The notes under the pieces: generated by a model
What the model saw: only the letters and a program-made list of their open reading frames with translations
Told to the model about the DNA's origin: nothing
The model's database searches: none
In this document: positions 11,562 to 24,922 of the stretch, piece after piece
Layout: every line of letters starts with the position of its first letter
How positions within the stretch are numbered: the stretch's first letter is position 1
Source of the DNA: Vermamoeba vermiformis
Taxonomy: Eukaryota
Assembly (NCBI GenBank): GCA_045837725.1
Contig: JBEWZL010000227.1
Location: forward strand, 1-64,000
Direction of reading: 5' to 3'
DNA: 64,000 nt
Program-made: the position numbers and the translations under genes

Positions 11562-14500
11562 TCACATTATCAAGGCCACGACAAGCGCGAACAACATTAC
11601 ACTAGTTGTTAAACGAGATCCAGAAGCAACAGTGCTGCCAGGTGTAGCTGGCTTAGTACCGTCAGGTGAGGGCAAGATCTGATATGGTGCGGAGGGCTCA
11701 GTGCCAGGAGGTGGCAATTGTGCACGGTGGAACTCTACGGCGCCAAGAATGACTTCAGTGCCTTCATGGAGGATGCGCTGACCTACGGATACTGTCGTCT
11801 GGTCTGCATCGATATAGGCCACAAGCGGACCAATACGAGTATATTCATTGCTATCCAATTTGCCATTTGCAAAGACAACAGCCTCATCGTTGACGTAATT
11901 AACGAGTCCTGAACTGAGAGGCAAGGTCATGGTGTTGTGCAGGAATATCTGATACACGCCATAAGGCAACGATTCCTTTAATGGTAAGACATTAGTAAGC
12001 TTTTAAAGTAAATATAAATTTCTGTGCCTATCGCTCTAAAACGTACAAATTCGATGCGGGATTGACTTCCTGACTGGATGAGTGGTGTGCCGTAACCTTC
12101 TTTCAGCAGTAAAAATAGCACGTCATCAGCATTGTTCACGCTATTAAGATTTGGATTGACAGTCACCAGCGAGTGCTCCCCAGGCAGTGGCGAATCAACC
12201 GTGCCATCGAATGTCTTGCCTTCCCATGTTACCGTAGGACCGTTCAGATTGAACCCCTTCTCAAACGCAAATTCAGTTGAAGGCACACTGTAAAACACGT
12301 GCGTCGGAATGACGATGACCGCGCCGTCGGTGGTCGTGGCTTCTACTTTCAAATCATGAGGTTTCATTGAGAGGGGTGCAGGCAAGTCAATGCTGTGTGG
12401 GTTTGAAGTCGAAGTGCCGACCACTTGCCCGTCAAGTGTGAATTTAACACTAACTACTGCACTCGGATTGCTGAGCTCAACGCGTGCCGTGATGATATCT
12501 CTATTGGGAATGAAATCTCCATAACGAGGCCATGTGATCTCCATTCGTGACGCTGGCTCATCGAGATAGGTCTTGGGTGACGGGTTATTTGGAAGCAAGG
12601 CTTTTGTGGGATCTGCATAGGTAATTTGCACGTCCTCTAAATGCAAGATACTAGGATAAAGATTGGTGCCACCAGCTCGAATGTTGTATAGGGTCTTAAT
12701 GTCTTTAAAAGTCACATTTTCCATTGTCAAAGAAGCAGTGACTTCAGCGCCATAAAAGAAATTGGCAATATAACCGTCTTGCAGGTGAATATGTCTGCCA
12801 TCGTAGTCGGACACAATGCCGTAGTAACCTAAAGTTTCACAATTGTCTGCCCAATAATAATCTCCTTGATACTCTCCCCAACCAACAATAGGTCCATCGT
12901 TTTTGAGCATAAAATCTTTGATACGAATAACACCCGTGTGGCCGTGCACATGGATGCCACCATGATATGAACGCAAGTTAGTAATGACATTATCAGCGGT
13001 GTTGACCACGTCACCAAAACTGGCAGCACGAGGAGTGATTGCGTAGTTAATTTGGCCGTCCCATGTCGTGAACGGTTGCCATAAATAAGCTGGCTCTCCT
13101 GCCAAGGGAAGACCCTCAATATATGGATAGATGTCGTATTGGTGCGCAATCGGTTCAAAGTTAGCGCGGCCGTACCAGGCAAGGTACATCGAAAAAGCAC
13201 TTCCAGCAAAGAATCCATCGGCCAAATTGTTCGTGAACACAATCGAAACTCCGGCGATCCAATAACCCATGCCTCCGTGACCGAAATCATATTTTGCACC
13301 AACACGACCACCAGTAGGGTCAATCAAACCAGTGCCACCACCCACACCAAAAACAATATTGTTTGTAATGGTACCATATTCTGTCGATAGCTCGGTGGCA
13401 ATACCAGCACCGCCGTGGAACACGACAATATTCTTTTCAATTGTGCCCATGCAGTCATGCATAGTCATGCCCCAGCGCAAGTTGCCCGAAGGTGTGTAGA
13501 CGACATTGCCTGTCAGCTCGAAGGGAGCGCGCAAGTGATGCATGTGGAGAGCGTATCGACCGCGGTGGTTGGCTCCGACTGTGATAACGTTGCGGTTTGC
13601 ATCACGTGATGTGTCGGCAAGCAGCTCATTGGTAGTACGGCCCATCTCTTCAAAAGCGGCGTATTTGATTGTAGCATTGGTCATCAATTGTAAGGCCAAG
13701 TGACCGCGCTTCATCAATGTGTCGGGCTCCTCAGACTTGAAGACCACGTTGCGTGTTACGTATCCAAGCATGCCATTCTCGTAAGGACGGTAGTAAGTGC
13801 CGTCGAATCCTTCGTTGGATGATATCGTCATCTTCATGGTGTTGTAGGTGCCAACCAGATTGGAGGCCAGATTGATCCGTGTACCATCCACCGATGTAAT
13901 AGCAATGCGTTGATGGCGTGGTGTCATGAATAGGCCGTCATTTTTGTTCGCAAACTCCGCATCCACAGAAACCAGGAACACTTCGTCTCTGTGCACAGTA
14001 AGCGATCTGGCGAAATAAATTTGAAATATTGATTACCCTGCTCTCCAGCCACTAGGGGCCTGTTCCACGAGAATGTAATTGTCGCCGTCGTTAGCTTGGG
14101 CTATCTTGACGAAAGGTGTGTTGATCTGGCGACCAACAATGGTAACGGTACCTCCGATGGTTACAAGACCAAGACCCCACTTAAAATAATTGTTGTCATT
14201 CATTAGACCAATTTAATATTTCGTACCTGGTTAGGGTCTTCAGTGGTATCAATCGAGCCTGAAAAGATGACGGTGTGCGTAACCGAATCCGAGGGCATGA
14301 TCTCGAGTATACCAGTTTCATAAACAAATATGGTATCCAACTTCAATGTGATGCTGATAGAAGGCGAAAATATCAAAGACCCTTTGACACCAATACGGCT
14401 CACTGTGATGGTATTTTGATCGAGTACAAGCGTGGAGCCTAATTTACGAATTAATTAATCATTCCAGACTACGTTGCCGACCTAAAGAAGGCAAGGGACT

Positions 14501-14780
14501 TTTTAAATATTACGAACAACTATATTATGTTAAATTTACCTTCTGGAACTAGAATCACATCCGACGAGATGGCACCAAGAGAAGAAAAGTTAACTTTTCC
14601 TCCACTAACGGTCTTTGTTGGCGAGTTTGTCAAATCTGCAACGTAGAAACTACTGTCGCTGAAATTAAGCGGATTCACTTTGAAATGCGGAAGTTGTCCG
14701 CCTGGCATGGTGGTCGGATCAATTGCCGAAACGAGCACAGCAAAGGCACAAAACGCGATGCATACAAGACGCGTGTTCAT
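11562..14780 (-). CDS. G8-domain / parallel beta-helix surface protein with Ig-like domain, probable GPI anchor
   Basis: Signal peptide, G8-like beta strands, WGLGLVTIGG, TRNVVFKSE and GRYALHMHH. Also an Ig-like VVSVKFTLDGQVVGT segment and a hydrophobic C-terminus after a P/T/S stalk. Confidence 0.8.
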
Positions 14781-15362
14781 CTTCTAATCTTGTGGATAAA
14801 GTGGCGTTACGCGTATTAAATGCAGAATAAAGCGGGCTTTCTTGCTTTTTCAAGATTTTTGCTAAATAAAGCTTGTCTATTTTACTTTTTTGTACTCAAG
14901 CGAATTTGCTATTTTTGGTACCGAGTTGGTATCGGCGGAACGGCGATTAAACGCCATTTATCAAGGCATTGAATGCATATACGTTAATATACCTACTTAC
15001 CTAATTACCGCAAAAGAATTATTCCATTCGCGAATCCGCTCATTGCACCAAATTCGTGAACAATAGGACAGCTAAACATTAAAATCATAATATCAGTACG
15101 TTTTTAATGATGCATTAAATAAGGTCTACTTACCCTTAATGCAATCGATGCGCTTTATTAACTACCACGACTTTGGATCGCTCGATCTAACTTAACGAGG
15201 AACTTCACTTCGCTTTGATCTGACCAAAGTACGCTATAATGAGTAAAATTAAACAACAATAATACTTAGAGGAAGCAATTACCTTATCAAGCAACTAACC
15301 GTGGATCTGCGATGTAAACGCGGATCTGATTCTTTAGCTCCTAAATGATAGACAATGTTGGT

Positions 15363-16166
15363 TTATTTGCGCGCAGGTATAGTCAACAGCTCTTCAGTCA
15401 TTTTGATGCCGAGTTCATTTTGATATTTGAACAGCTGTTTCATAAAGCCAAGGTTCGGCGAAACACATTTCCGGATCTCGTGGCAGTGTAACAGTGCTTT
15501 TTCAGCTGTCCAGCCATACTCGCGCATTAAATAGGCACAGACTAAATATGTTATTATCAGAAAGTCATAATTTTAAAGTCAAATACGAAACTTACTAACA
15601 GTTGGAGATCTGCTCACGCCAGCTTGACAGTGCACTAACACCCTCTCGTTATTGTCTTTGGCTCTTTTAATAAATTCATATACTTTTTCGAATACTGGGC
15701 GAATATTAAACCCGTCTAGATCGTGACAACCTAAAATTTAATTTCAGAGCGTTAGATCAAGTTCTTTGGCTGAAGCGATCTTTTGTTACTTACGCAAGCC
15801 CAAGTAATTAACTTTAATACGATGCGCATGCGGGAGATAAACGACTTCGCCTAATGGAAATTTGCATTAACATCCAAAATAAATTTTGATTTAGATTTGC
15901 CATAAATAATTTAAATAATTTTAAAAATATATCAATAATTATCCTAACCATAGCAACCTACCTTCTTGGCTTGGATCCGCAACGTTGATAACATTTGTAA
16001 TATTTTTCTCCACTAATTTGTCAATATTATACGCATCACCCATATTTCCTAAATATAAATATGGTGCTATTATTTGATGCGGCTTTTCCTCTTCCGGATC
16101 AAGCAGGCCAGAGAACATGTGATAGTAGAGCTGATCTACCTTGGCTTTAATCTGTTCGTCGTTCAT
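15363..16166 (-). CDS. dual-specificity protein phosphatase
   Basis: IAPYLYLGN, NITNVINV, catalytic VHCQAGVSRS (~15610-15640), AYLM and SPNLGFMKQL. Confidence 0.92.
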
Positions 16167-16441
16167 ATTATTAAATAGCTCTACTCGCTGTTGCTGTTGC
16201 TTTTGAAATTCAAATTGAAAAATCGGTTGATAAGGATTAAATTAGGCTAATTATGGTTAATTCTGGGAAGTTATCACTAAGACCTTCGTCGGTGATTATA
16301 GTGGTACTAACGAATGCCATAACATTCTCAACCTCATGGTTCGTTCACCTTTTTATAATACTTTATTCCACCGCAAACAACATGTCTTTCTTCCTGGATC
16401 CCGGAGCAGCTATTGGTGCAGGGATAAATGATTATGCGCGT

Positions 16442-19106
16442 CTACTGCCAGTCCAAAACACATAACTGAGACGAGTCGGCAGTCGGAAATACAGCGTAAC
16501 GTGAGTTACACACTGGAGTGTCCCGCACATCATCGGGCAATACAATCATCTTCTCCCAAAGTCTATTACTAAGGTCCCATACCGTCGCAAAACTGCGTTT
16601 AGAATTTGCAGCGAGTGCGAGAGAACTGCCGTAGAATGGACAGATCTGCGTAAAAAAATCAGCACCAACAACCTATCTTCATTTTAGTTACGTACCGGCT
16701 CCTTTTCCAAATGCTGTTCTATAGCGTACGGCTGCGCTGTCATTCTCAAATCAATGAACAACGAACTTTTCTCAGCAACATGCACAAATTGATGCTCGCT
16801 GATCCAATGCAATCGATGAAAAAACGATGAGAAGGATTGGTGAGGAGCTTCCATGACTATTTGACAGTTCTTATCGATGAACGAATACTCCATCTTCAGA
16901 CTAGTGTGACTCAGCACTGTCATGCCCGTGAGTGGATTGTACTTGGCCCCTGTTACCGCGGTACAGCCCACAGAGCCAATAATTCGCTCTAGCTCCACAC
17001 TCCATATCACCGGCATATCTTAACAGACGTTAGGTCAATAATTAAAAGGATTATCGTATCTTTTTGTATTCAACACAGCCAGTAATAACTTTGTCTCGTC
17101 CGATTGGGCTGTGATAATAATGTGATTTTGGTTCTATTCCTAACACATCTTTGTGACTGTATTGCTTCCGATTCCCATCAATGAATAATGTCATGAAATA
17201 AAACGACCCTTGAACAAGTGTGGGAAGTCGATCTGGTTGCGAATCCAGAATCTCGACTGTCGAGTAGGTTGCAGAGCTGCGATTGTGAATGAGACGTCGT
17301 TGCAGATCATGACAATTCCATAATAATAGATGAAAATCGGTGCACGCCACGGCCCAATTGTCGTCCATAGCTTTCATCTTGGTTGGCAGTGATTCATCCA
17401 ATCCGTAATTCCATTTATGGTAATTCACCGCAAACTTGCCATTCCTCCAATTAACTCGACACCTAATAGCGAATTAGAAATAAATGTTACCCAAAATAAT
17501 AGCGCTAGTACCTATTTAACGAAGTGTAACGGTCCAAAAGAATTGGCTGGCCGTGCGAGACTAAATCTTGATGAATGACTGGAAATTCCGCTTTGAATAC
17601 GAATCGATAGAGCATGTCTTCTCCGAGTCTTAGAAACGACTTTGATACTCGACACAACGAAGTAGTGTCGCTCGAAGTCAACTCTTCACAGATGAGGAAC
17701 AACAGTTCAACCGGCAATTGATCGATCGGAAAAATTGATTTAAGCACGAATCCTATTGGCACTGGAACTACAACTGGACTCCTAGCCTTCGACACTTCTA
17801 ACAAAAAAAGTCAGTGAGATTTTTGCGTTGTTGTGACATTGTTACAAGCACTTACTCTTCGCGTACTTTGGTAGATTAATTAAAGATGTGCGTGCCATAG
17901 GATCGAATTGATGAATGAATCTGTCCGTTGACTCGCCCAAGATCGGGCTCAGTGCATCCGACAAATTGCTTTTGGTCAATTCTTTTTTTATAATGAGCTC
18001 TTTGAATACTTCCAAAACCACTATATTGAGTGTTAGATAATAATAAATGCGAATCTATTGTCCTCCAATGCATACCCGACGACACTCTCAGTAATTTTCT
18101 CCATCCAAATCCTAGATCAAGTTCTGACGCACTGAAAAAATGTTAGCATTGGAAAGTGTTATTTTGCATATTTTTGGCTCACTCTAATATCATACGCCGA
18201 ATATCTGCTTTAGAGAAATATTTAAACCACCAACTTCGGAAATGAAAGCGAGCGTACGCCAACAAATTTTGTCCGTTTCGCTTATCTGCATAATAACGAT
18301 TAGAAATAAAATAATAATCTAATCGTTTACCGCTTACATTTAGCTAGTCCAGGTACACCTAACAAGTATTTCAACAAATGTATCTGTCGGGTTTCGATGC
18401 ACGTAAACGCGGCTGAATATGTCGATTCGCAAGGAGTAATTAACTTCTTTTGCTGCAAATATTGCATCTCGTTGATTTTAGTGGTCATTTTGGCACGTTT
18501 TGACGCGACAATTTCCGCAACAAGAGTCGTTTCAAGTTTGAAGTTGCCAACGAGCGTTGAGAGTTGCGGCTCCTTTGCGATGCGAACAAGTACTTTAAAT
18601 ATTTTGCAATATGGAATAGTTTCAATTATTGAAATTGCTTTGCCGTTCATTAGTGAAATAAGGATTGGATCGAAGCAAGTTCGAGATCTAGTTAGCCCAA
18701 ATTCAAACTCTGAAAGGTTAATTAGCCACATACACAATAACGAAACTAAGTAATAGTACCGAAGTATTTTGGCCAGGAGAAATCTAGCAAAATTGGAAAT
18801 ACGCCGCCAAAACACGGATCCAGCTTTTGCCATCGAGCTATCGCTATAAAAACTGCTTCCTCGCCGTGATTCTTTACGTCTGTCTTTAATACGAATATTA
18901 GTTTAAATAAGAACAGACTCAAGCGTTGAAAAATAAATAATGGCATTAACATAGAGAGTTACTACTTAAAAGTACTTTTAAATTTGGCTTACTTGCTTAT
19001 TCAAAATATCTAGCAGTTCCTCTGCAGAATTTTCATTATATTTAACGAGAAAACTGCAGATTTCTTGAAGTGATAATTGGCGGACCGCTTCAATCGCGTT
19101 AGCCAT
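16442..19106 (-). CDS. protein with internal F-box and C-terminal beta-propeller-like region (multi-exon; 5' part may be a separate gene)
   Basis: F-box-like IDQLPVELLFLICEELTSSDTTSLCRVSKSF (~17635-17730). Downstream exons carry WD-like strand ends (LLWN, VWDL, VLDW). Upstream exons are linked by GT-AG introns back to an ATG at 19106. Confidence 0.6.
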
Positions 19107-19384
19107 TTTGACAGTTGTGTGCGCACACTTCTGAGAGTAGGTTAGGATAAATATATTAATTTTTTACAATTTAATTGCTTCCTTGATTTTTGTTTCTAGA
19201 GAATAGAAAGTGTCGTAGATGGAGCCACCTACCTTTGTCAGCGCTCCTAGCCACAAGTAGAGAAAATATTAATCCATAATAAAATTTAAGTATTATGTCT
19301 AATGCCGTGCTGTGTTAATAAGATAGAAGATTCTTTCAAACCAACTTCTTTCAGCAACACAAACACGACCAATTCAATATAGAT

Positions 19385-22274
19385 ATGAGCGATAAAAAGG
19401 AATTACACAGCGTTGGTAAGTTCTTTTTATAGCAGTATTACGATTAGTAACGTTTAATGGAAGTTGATCACTAATTATTGAAATTGAAATAACGGAAACT
19501 TAATAAAAATGATTATCATTGGTGCCCAAGACTATTTTTATGATATCATAATTTATTAAATAATTTGTGGCCAGTTTCATTGATTTGTTAGAATAAAAAT
19601 CTATTTAACCAAAAGTCACATCCAACACAAATAATATTCCTCGATCGTGCAAAATATTAATTACAATATACCATAGAATCGGCTTTGGCCCTCATTCCCG
19701 AACCTCAACAAACCGAAGTCAAGAAGATCCTTTATGGCATTAACAACGGTCAATTAGTAGCTCCGATGCCCATCGCTGAAAAAGCTAAAGTTCTTGCTGA
19801 CGAGCACAAATTTGAAGTTGCTGCTTATCAATTTAGCGCTGCGAAGGAGCAATTGCGCCTTCCAAGGCAAGTAAATTACATTAATTTCTAATTTTATCCA
19901 ATTATATCCGCCGTTAGTATTCGTCTGAATTATGCGCCGTTCAATATTTACGCTTTCTGCTCCTAACACCTATTATTAGACTCGTTCGCATTGGTCTGAT
20001 TCAAAACACTATTGCTGCACCCACCACCGCGCCAATTAGAGAGCAAGTAAGTTTCATCAAATACTACCTCATTATTCCATATATCTGAATACGACGAGCA
20101 AGAAGTAAAAGCAGCAGTCCAACTAACGTTCGTTGTCTGCAGTATTTGGGCATTCAAGAGAAAGTTGGACGAATGATCGATGCAGCAGGTGCTATGGGCG
20201 TCAATGTTATTTGCTTGCAAGAGGCGTGGAGTAAGTGCTTTTGATTTGATCGTCAAATTTGTCAGTTTTGAGCGTCAAAATTTATTTGTCTGGCGTGGTG
20301 TCTAGACTTTTCAATCGAATCTTTTCAGTCTAGTTCAACTACCGACCACTGATCTTCGATGAAATTATCTTCTTTTAGCTTAAAGCGTTATGGCCAAGTA
20401 ATTATCGTTCGAAAGTTGCAAGATCTAATAACCGCTGCATTAGATAATTTTTCTTATGCTTCCCCAAATCATAATCTGCTTATTTGACGTGGGGATGTAT
20501 ATTTTAATTGCTTTTAAAGATCGTAGGATTTTTTTGCTAATTTTTATTTTTCGATCAGCTATGCCATTCGCTTTCTGCACTCGAGAGAAGTACCCGTGGT
20601 TAGAATTTGCAGAATCTGCTGAAGATGGTCCCTCAACTCAGTTCTTGAAGGCCAAGGCTCGTGAACACAACATGGTTATTGTTTCTCCGATCTTGGAACG
20701 AGATGCGGCTCATGGTGGCACGATTTGGAACACCGCTGGTATGTGCACACGTTTATAGGCAATATATGGTCCGAAAGCAATGCGGATCACTTTTCTTCAA
20801 AGATGATTTGAGCAATGCTGATCTTGCTTACTTAGTAATTATTGGTAATAATGGCAACGTCATTGGCAAGTCGCGCAAGAATCATATTCCTCGTGTTGGC
20901 GACTTCAACGAGTCTACATACTACATGGAGAGTCAGATGGGACACCCTGTCTTCGAGACCACTTTTGGCAAAATCGCCGTGAACATTTGCTACGGCAGAC
21001 ATCACCCACTGAACTGGATGGTAAGTACACTGTACTATAATCACATCATCCACCATAGGAGCAATTTCAACACTGTGTTGAAACATGTTTCGACGTGGAG
21101 TGCTTTGCTACCCAACCACGTACGATAGTGACTAATCGTTGACTCGACAGGCCTACGGTTTGAACGGAGCTGAGATCGTGTTCAACCCCAGCGCTACAGT
21201 AGGAGGTTTGAGCGAGCCCATGTGGTCCATCGAAGCACGCAATGCCGCCATCGCCAACTCGTAAGTACATCTGTTCTTATTAGCTCTCGAAAGTAGCTAT
21301 CAGCACTACTCTCTTGCAAGTTTAAGAAGTCCATCGCCTTTGATCTCTTGATACGGTTCACAGATTGACTGATATTTCGTTTGAATTCAGATACTTTGTC
21401 GGATGCATCAATCGCGTGGGTACCGAGAGCTTCCCTAATGCCTTTACCTCCGGTAAGTCCTTATTCCTGTAATGAACATGCCGAGTAGATATAATCCATA
21501 TCAATATCATATTACTCGTACTCAAGACAAGTTATCCTAGAGGAGTGAAAGGACGGTGCTCAATCCACCGCTTCGATGTAGCATTCTCATTTACACTTGT
21601 TATATTCATATTTTCGTTGATATCTTCATTTAATCTACCTGGCTGGCACCAGTCAACTAATTATTTATTGCCTCCGTACGAATCAAAATAACATGACTAG
21701 ATTTCGTTAAAATTTTTGAGATCGCGATCCACTTTCCTTCATTTCAATGAATTAACAAGTTTAAAGGTGATGGAAAGCCCGCTCATACTGACTTTGGTCA
21801 TTTCTACGGCTCGAGTTATTTTGCCGCTCCGGATGCAAGCAGATGCCCCGTAAGAAGAATTGATATTTCTATGACGGAATGCATGGCATTAATTTGATTA
21901 ATTTTGTAGGGCTTGTCTCGTGTCTCGGACGGTTTAATTGTCGCTGAAGTCGATTTGAATCTCGCTCAACAAGTCAAGGACAAGTGGGGCTTCCAGGTAC
22001 GTTCTTATAACACGCTGCTTGTTCTCATAAACATTACCTCGCATATTAAATGCTTCGAGAACATATTACTTAATTGCGTTCTGTATCCCACGTTCACACG
22101 GTGAAACATCGGAACTGCATCCGCTTTCTAAATCATTTGTTTACCTCCAATAACTAATCATCTGTCTATTAATAGATGACTGGTCGCCATGAGATATATG
22201 CCGACTTTTTAACCAACTATATCGACCCTGACTTCTACCCGCAAGTCGTAACAGATCCTTCCGTTGGCAAATAA
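19385..22274 (+). CDS. UPB1: beta-ureidopropionase (beta-alanine synthase, nitrilase superfamily), many exons
   Basis: [82 protein letters not shown] and [10 protein letters not shown]. Confidence 0.96.
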
Positions 22275-22643
22275 TCGAAATCAAACAGACGCACCGTGTA
22301 GTTCATCGCTTGGAAGCTACATGACATATGTTATTATTAGTAACGCTATTGCGAATAAATATTAAATTGTAATCTTGCGTAATATCTCGGCCATTTCTGG
22401 ATCGGGCTTCCGCGTATTCCCCAATCTAATGGCCTTACTATTCAATCAATGGCATAATTAATTTGCTATAACCCATGATAAGCACGTGTTTATGCAGTCT
22501 TGGTTCGCAAAAAATTAGTGCCAAAATATTGATCAACGTTCTTCGTTAACCACAAGCCAGTTTATTAAAACGAACTGCATTATTTATTTGGTATTTATTT
22601 GACATTATTATAATAACCTCGTACACCCGAATCACTAGCAACG

Positions 22644-24607
22644 ATGTCCGCATCCCAACCAACGATCGAACATAACCACCATAACCATGGGCACCACCAT
22701 CATCACCATCATCACGATAGATCAAACCGTCAGTATCTGGACAAGTAAGTTGTTGGGTTGCCAAGCAATTTTAAACGAATTTCGTGAATAATTTTAACAC
22801 GGTTACTGATCGAGTAATAATTCGTGTTTACGTACAAATATCATTATTTAAAGACATAATAATTTTTCAATACTATTTGGTGGTGAAATGGGGCAGTTGT
22901 ATGGTTCTTAAGTACTATTAAATTTTTTTTTCAAGAACTTTCAAAAATTATTCCAAATCCACGAAGCCAGCTTAATGCTTTCTTTTGCTACAATTATTAT
23001 TCCATATCAAACTCTCGGAACTAGAAATGAAATACCGCAAAGATATGAAATTTCTGCCTAACATTACAATGCGGGCAAAACCACGTGATTCCAAACATAA
23101 ACGGAAAATTTCTTTTGAGTTCCATTTCAATTTTCTGCAACAAGCAAATACCACATAAGGGCTTTGTTTTATATTTGTATTATATACCCCCTTTAAAAAC
23201 TGTATTTATATTTGTAAATGAGTACCCTGGTTATGAACGTTGAGACATTTCCCTTCGCTCTCGGCGCGGGCAAATGCAAACACCCTCATGTTGTTAAAAG
23301 GTAAGCTGGCTTCGAATAATATACTCTATGACGTGCATAGACGTTATACTTTTTATACGAGAGGTTTTTTTTAACTTTAGGCCTTATAAAACGCGTCTCT
23401 GCGGCAGGAGAATCTAAGTTCTTTTGATCCCAGGGATTATCCCAAAGCGTTGTAATAATGATACCTCTAATAAAACAGAGTTCGATATGCGTCCTTGCTT
23501 TCGATGCATTACTTTTGTAACCTACTAACCGCCCCACCACCCAAACTAACCTCAGATTTCCCGAAAATTAAACTCAATTTGTTCAGTGAACTTAACTAAC
23601 CTTGCAATTTTATTAACTATAGAATACAACAACTTACCGAAGACATCCCCGTTGTTATTGACGCCACCAAACTAAAGCCTTTTGGACATCAGGTTTCGGG
23701 TCACGCGGTTTTATACAAACTCGACGGCGGCAAGATTATAAAGCCTTCAAATTCGCATGAAGTTGAGGTCTACAAAGCTCTTCAAAAGCACCACTCTCTT
23801 TTGCCGTTCGTAGCCGGTTTTTACGGGACTACCACTCCGCCACCCGATCTTTCACTGAAAACAACCACCCGTTCCCATGCCAAAATGCAAGAAGACAACC
23901 GCCGCGAGAACATTTTTATTATCATGGAGGACCTGACCCATAAATACAAGAACCCTTGCCTCATGGATATTAAACTTGGCCAAATCTTGTATGAACCCGA
24001 TGCGCCTTTGGAAAAGAAACTTCGAGAAGACAGGAAAGCCCACGAGACGACAACTCATGAATTTGGTGTCCGCGTTGATGGTATTCGTGTGTACAAACCT
24101 CGTACAGCTGAATTTACCGTGCGCAAGCAAGATTATGGCTGGAAACACTCTGTCGAAGACAATCTCCGAGTATTTTTAGACAACGGAGAAGTCCTTCGCA
24201 CAGATCTGATACCTCACTTCGTTGCCAAGCTCGAGAAGCTGTTTAAAGTCCTGTTCAAGCATTCGAAGTCCTTCAACTTCTTGCAAAGCTCGCTCCTGCT
24301 CATCTACGAAGGAGACGTCTCCCGGTCGCCGCCTAGCTCTCCTCAAATCAACAGTGCCGCTCGTGTATCCGAAGGTGCTGTTGCCGGCGAGGAGGACGCG
24401 GCTGCTGCTGTTGAGAGTGTCGAGTTTGACGATGACTGGTGCCCCGTGGATGTGCGTCTTATTGACTTTGACCACACTCACACCAAGTGCTGCAAGTTCG
24501 GCGACCACGAAGAAGAAGATGTTGGTGACTGCGGTTGCACGGTCGGTATTAAGTCGCTGCTGAATAGCTTTAATACCTTGGCCCAAGACAAGTCGCACAA
24601 TATCTAA
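22644..24607 (+). CDS. inositol polyphosphate kinase (IPMK/IP6K family) with His-rich N-terminus, 2 exons
   Basis: Exon 1 (22644-22744) and a phase-2 intron (22745-23622) join in frame. Motifs HQVSGH, MEDLT, PCLMDIKLG (PxxxDxKxG), SSLLLIYEG and VRLIDFDH. Confidence 0.92.
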
Positions 24608-24922
24608 GATCCGCAATCTCCCTGCAGTATCCAAAATATCTCGTTCCAATTTTGGCAAGATCAAGTTAGGAGCAGATACTAATACCAATTACCAACCCTC
24701 CCTTTGTATAAACGACCCTCAATACAAAGCGCATTGATAGCGCTTATTGTACATAGTAACGAACAAAATAAAATGAAATATTCTACTTAGATCTGCGTGC
24801 AGTAATCTTGATTCTTAAAACCCCTATCAGTAAACAGCAATTTGTTTTATTATTTCACATAGTAATGCTACATCAGTATTAAATCGAGTTTGAGCAGGTA
24901 AAAATAAATAAATTTTGAATCT

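Noticed and set aside
24176-24688. Long antisense ORFs over GC-richer exons (also 6939-7421, 35472-35918, 54808-55263)
   Set aside because: They are shadows of well-supported genes on the opposite strand and carry no motifs of their own.
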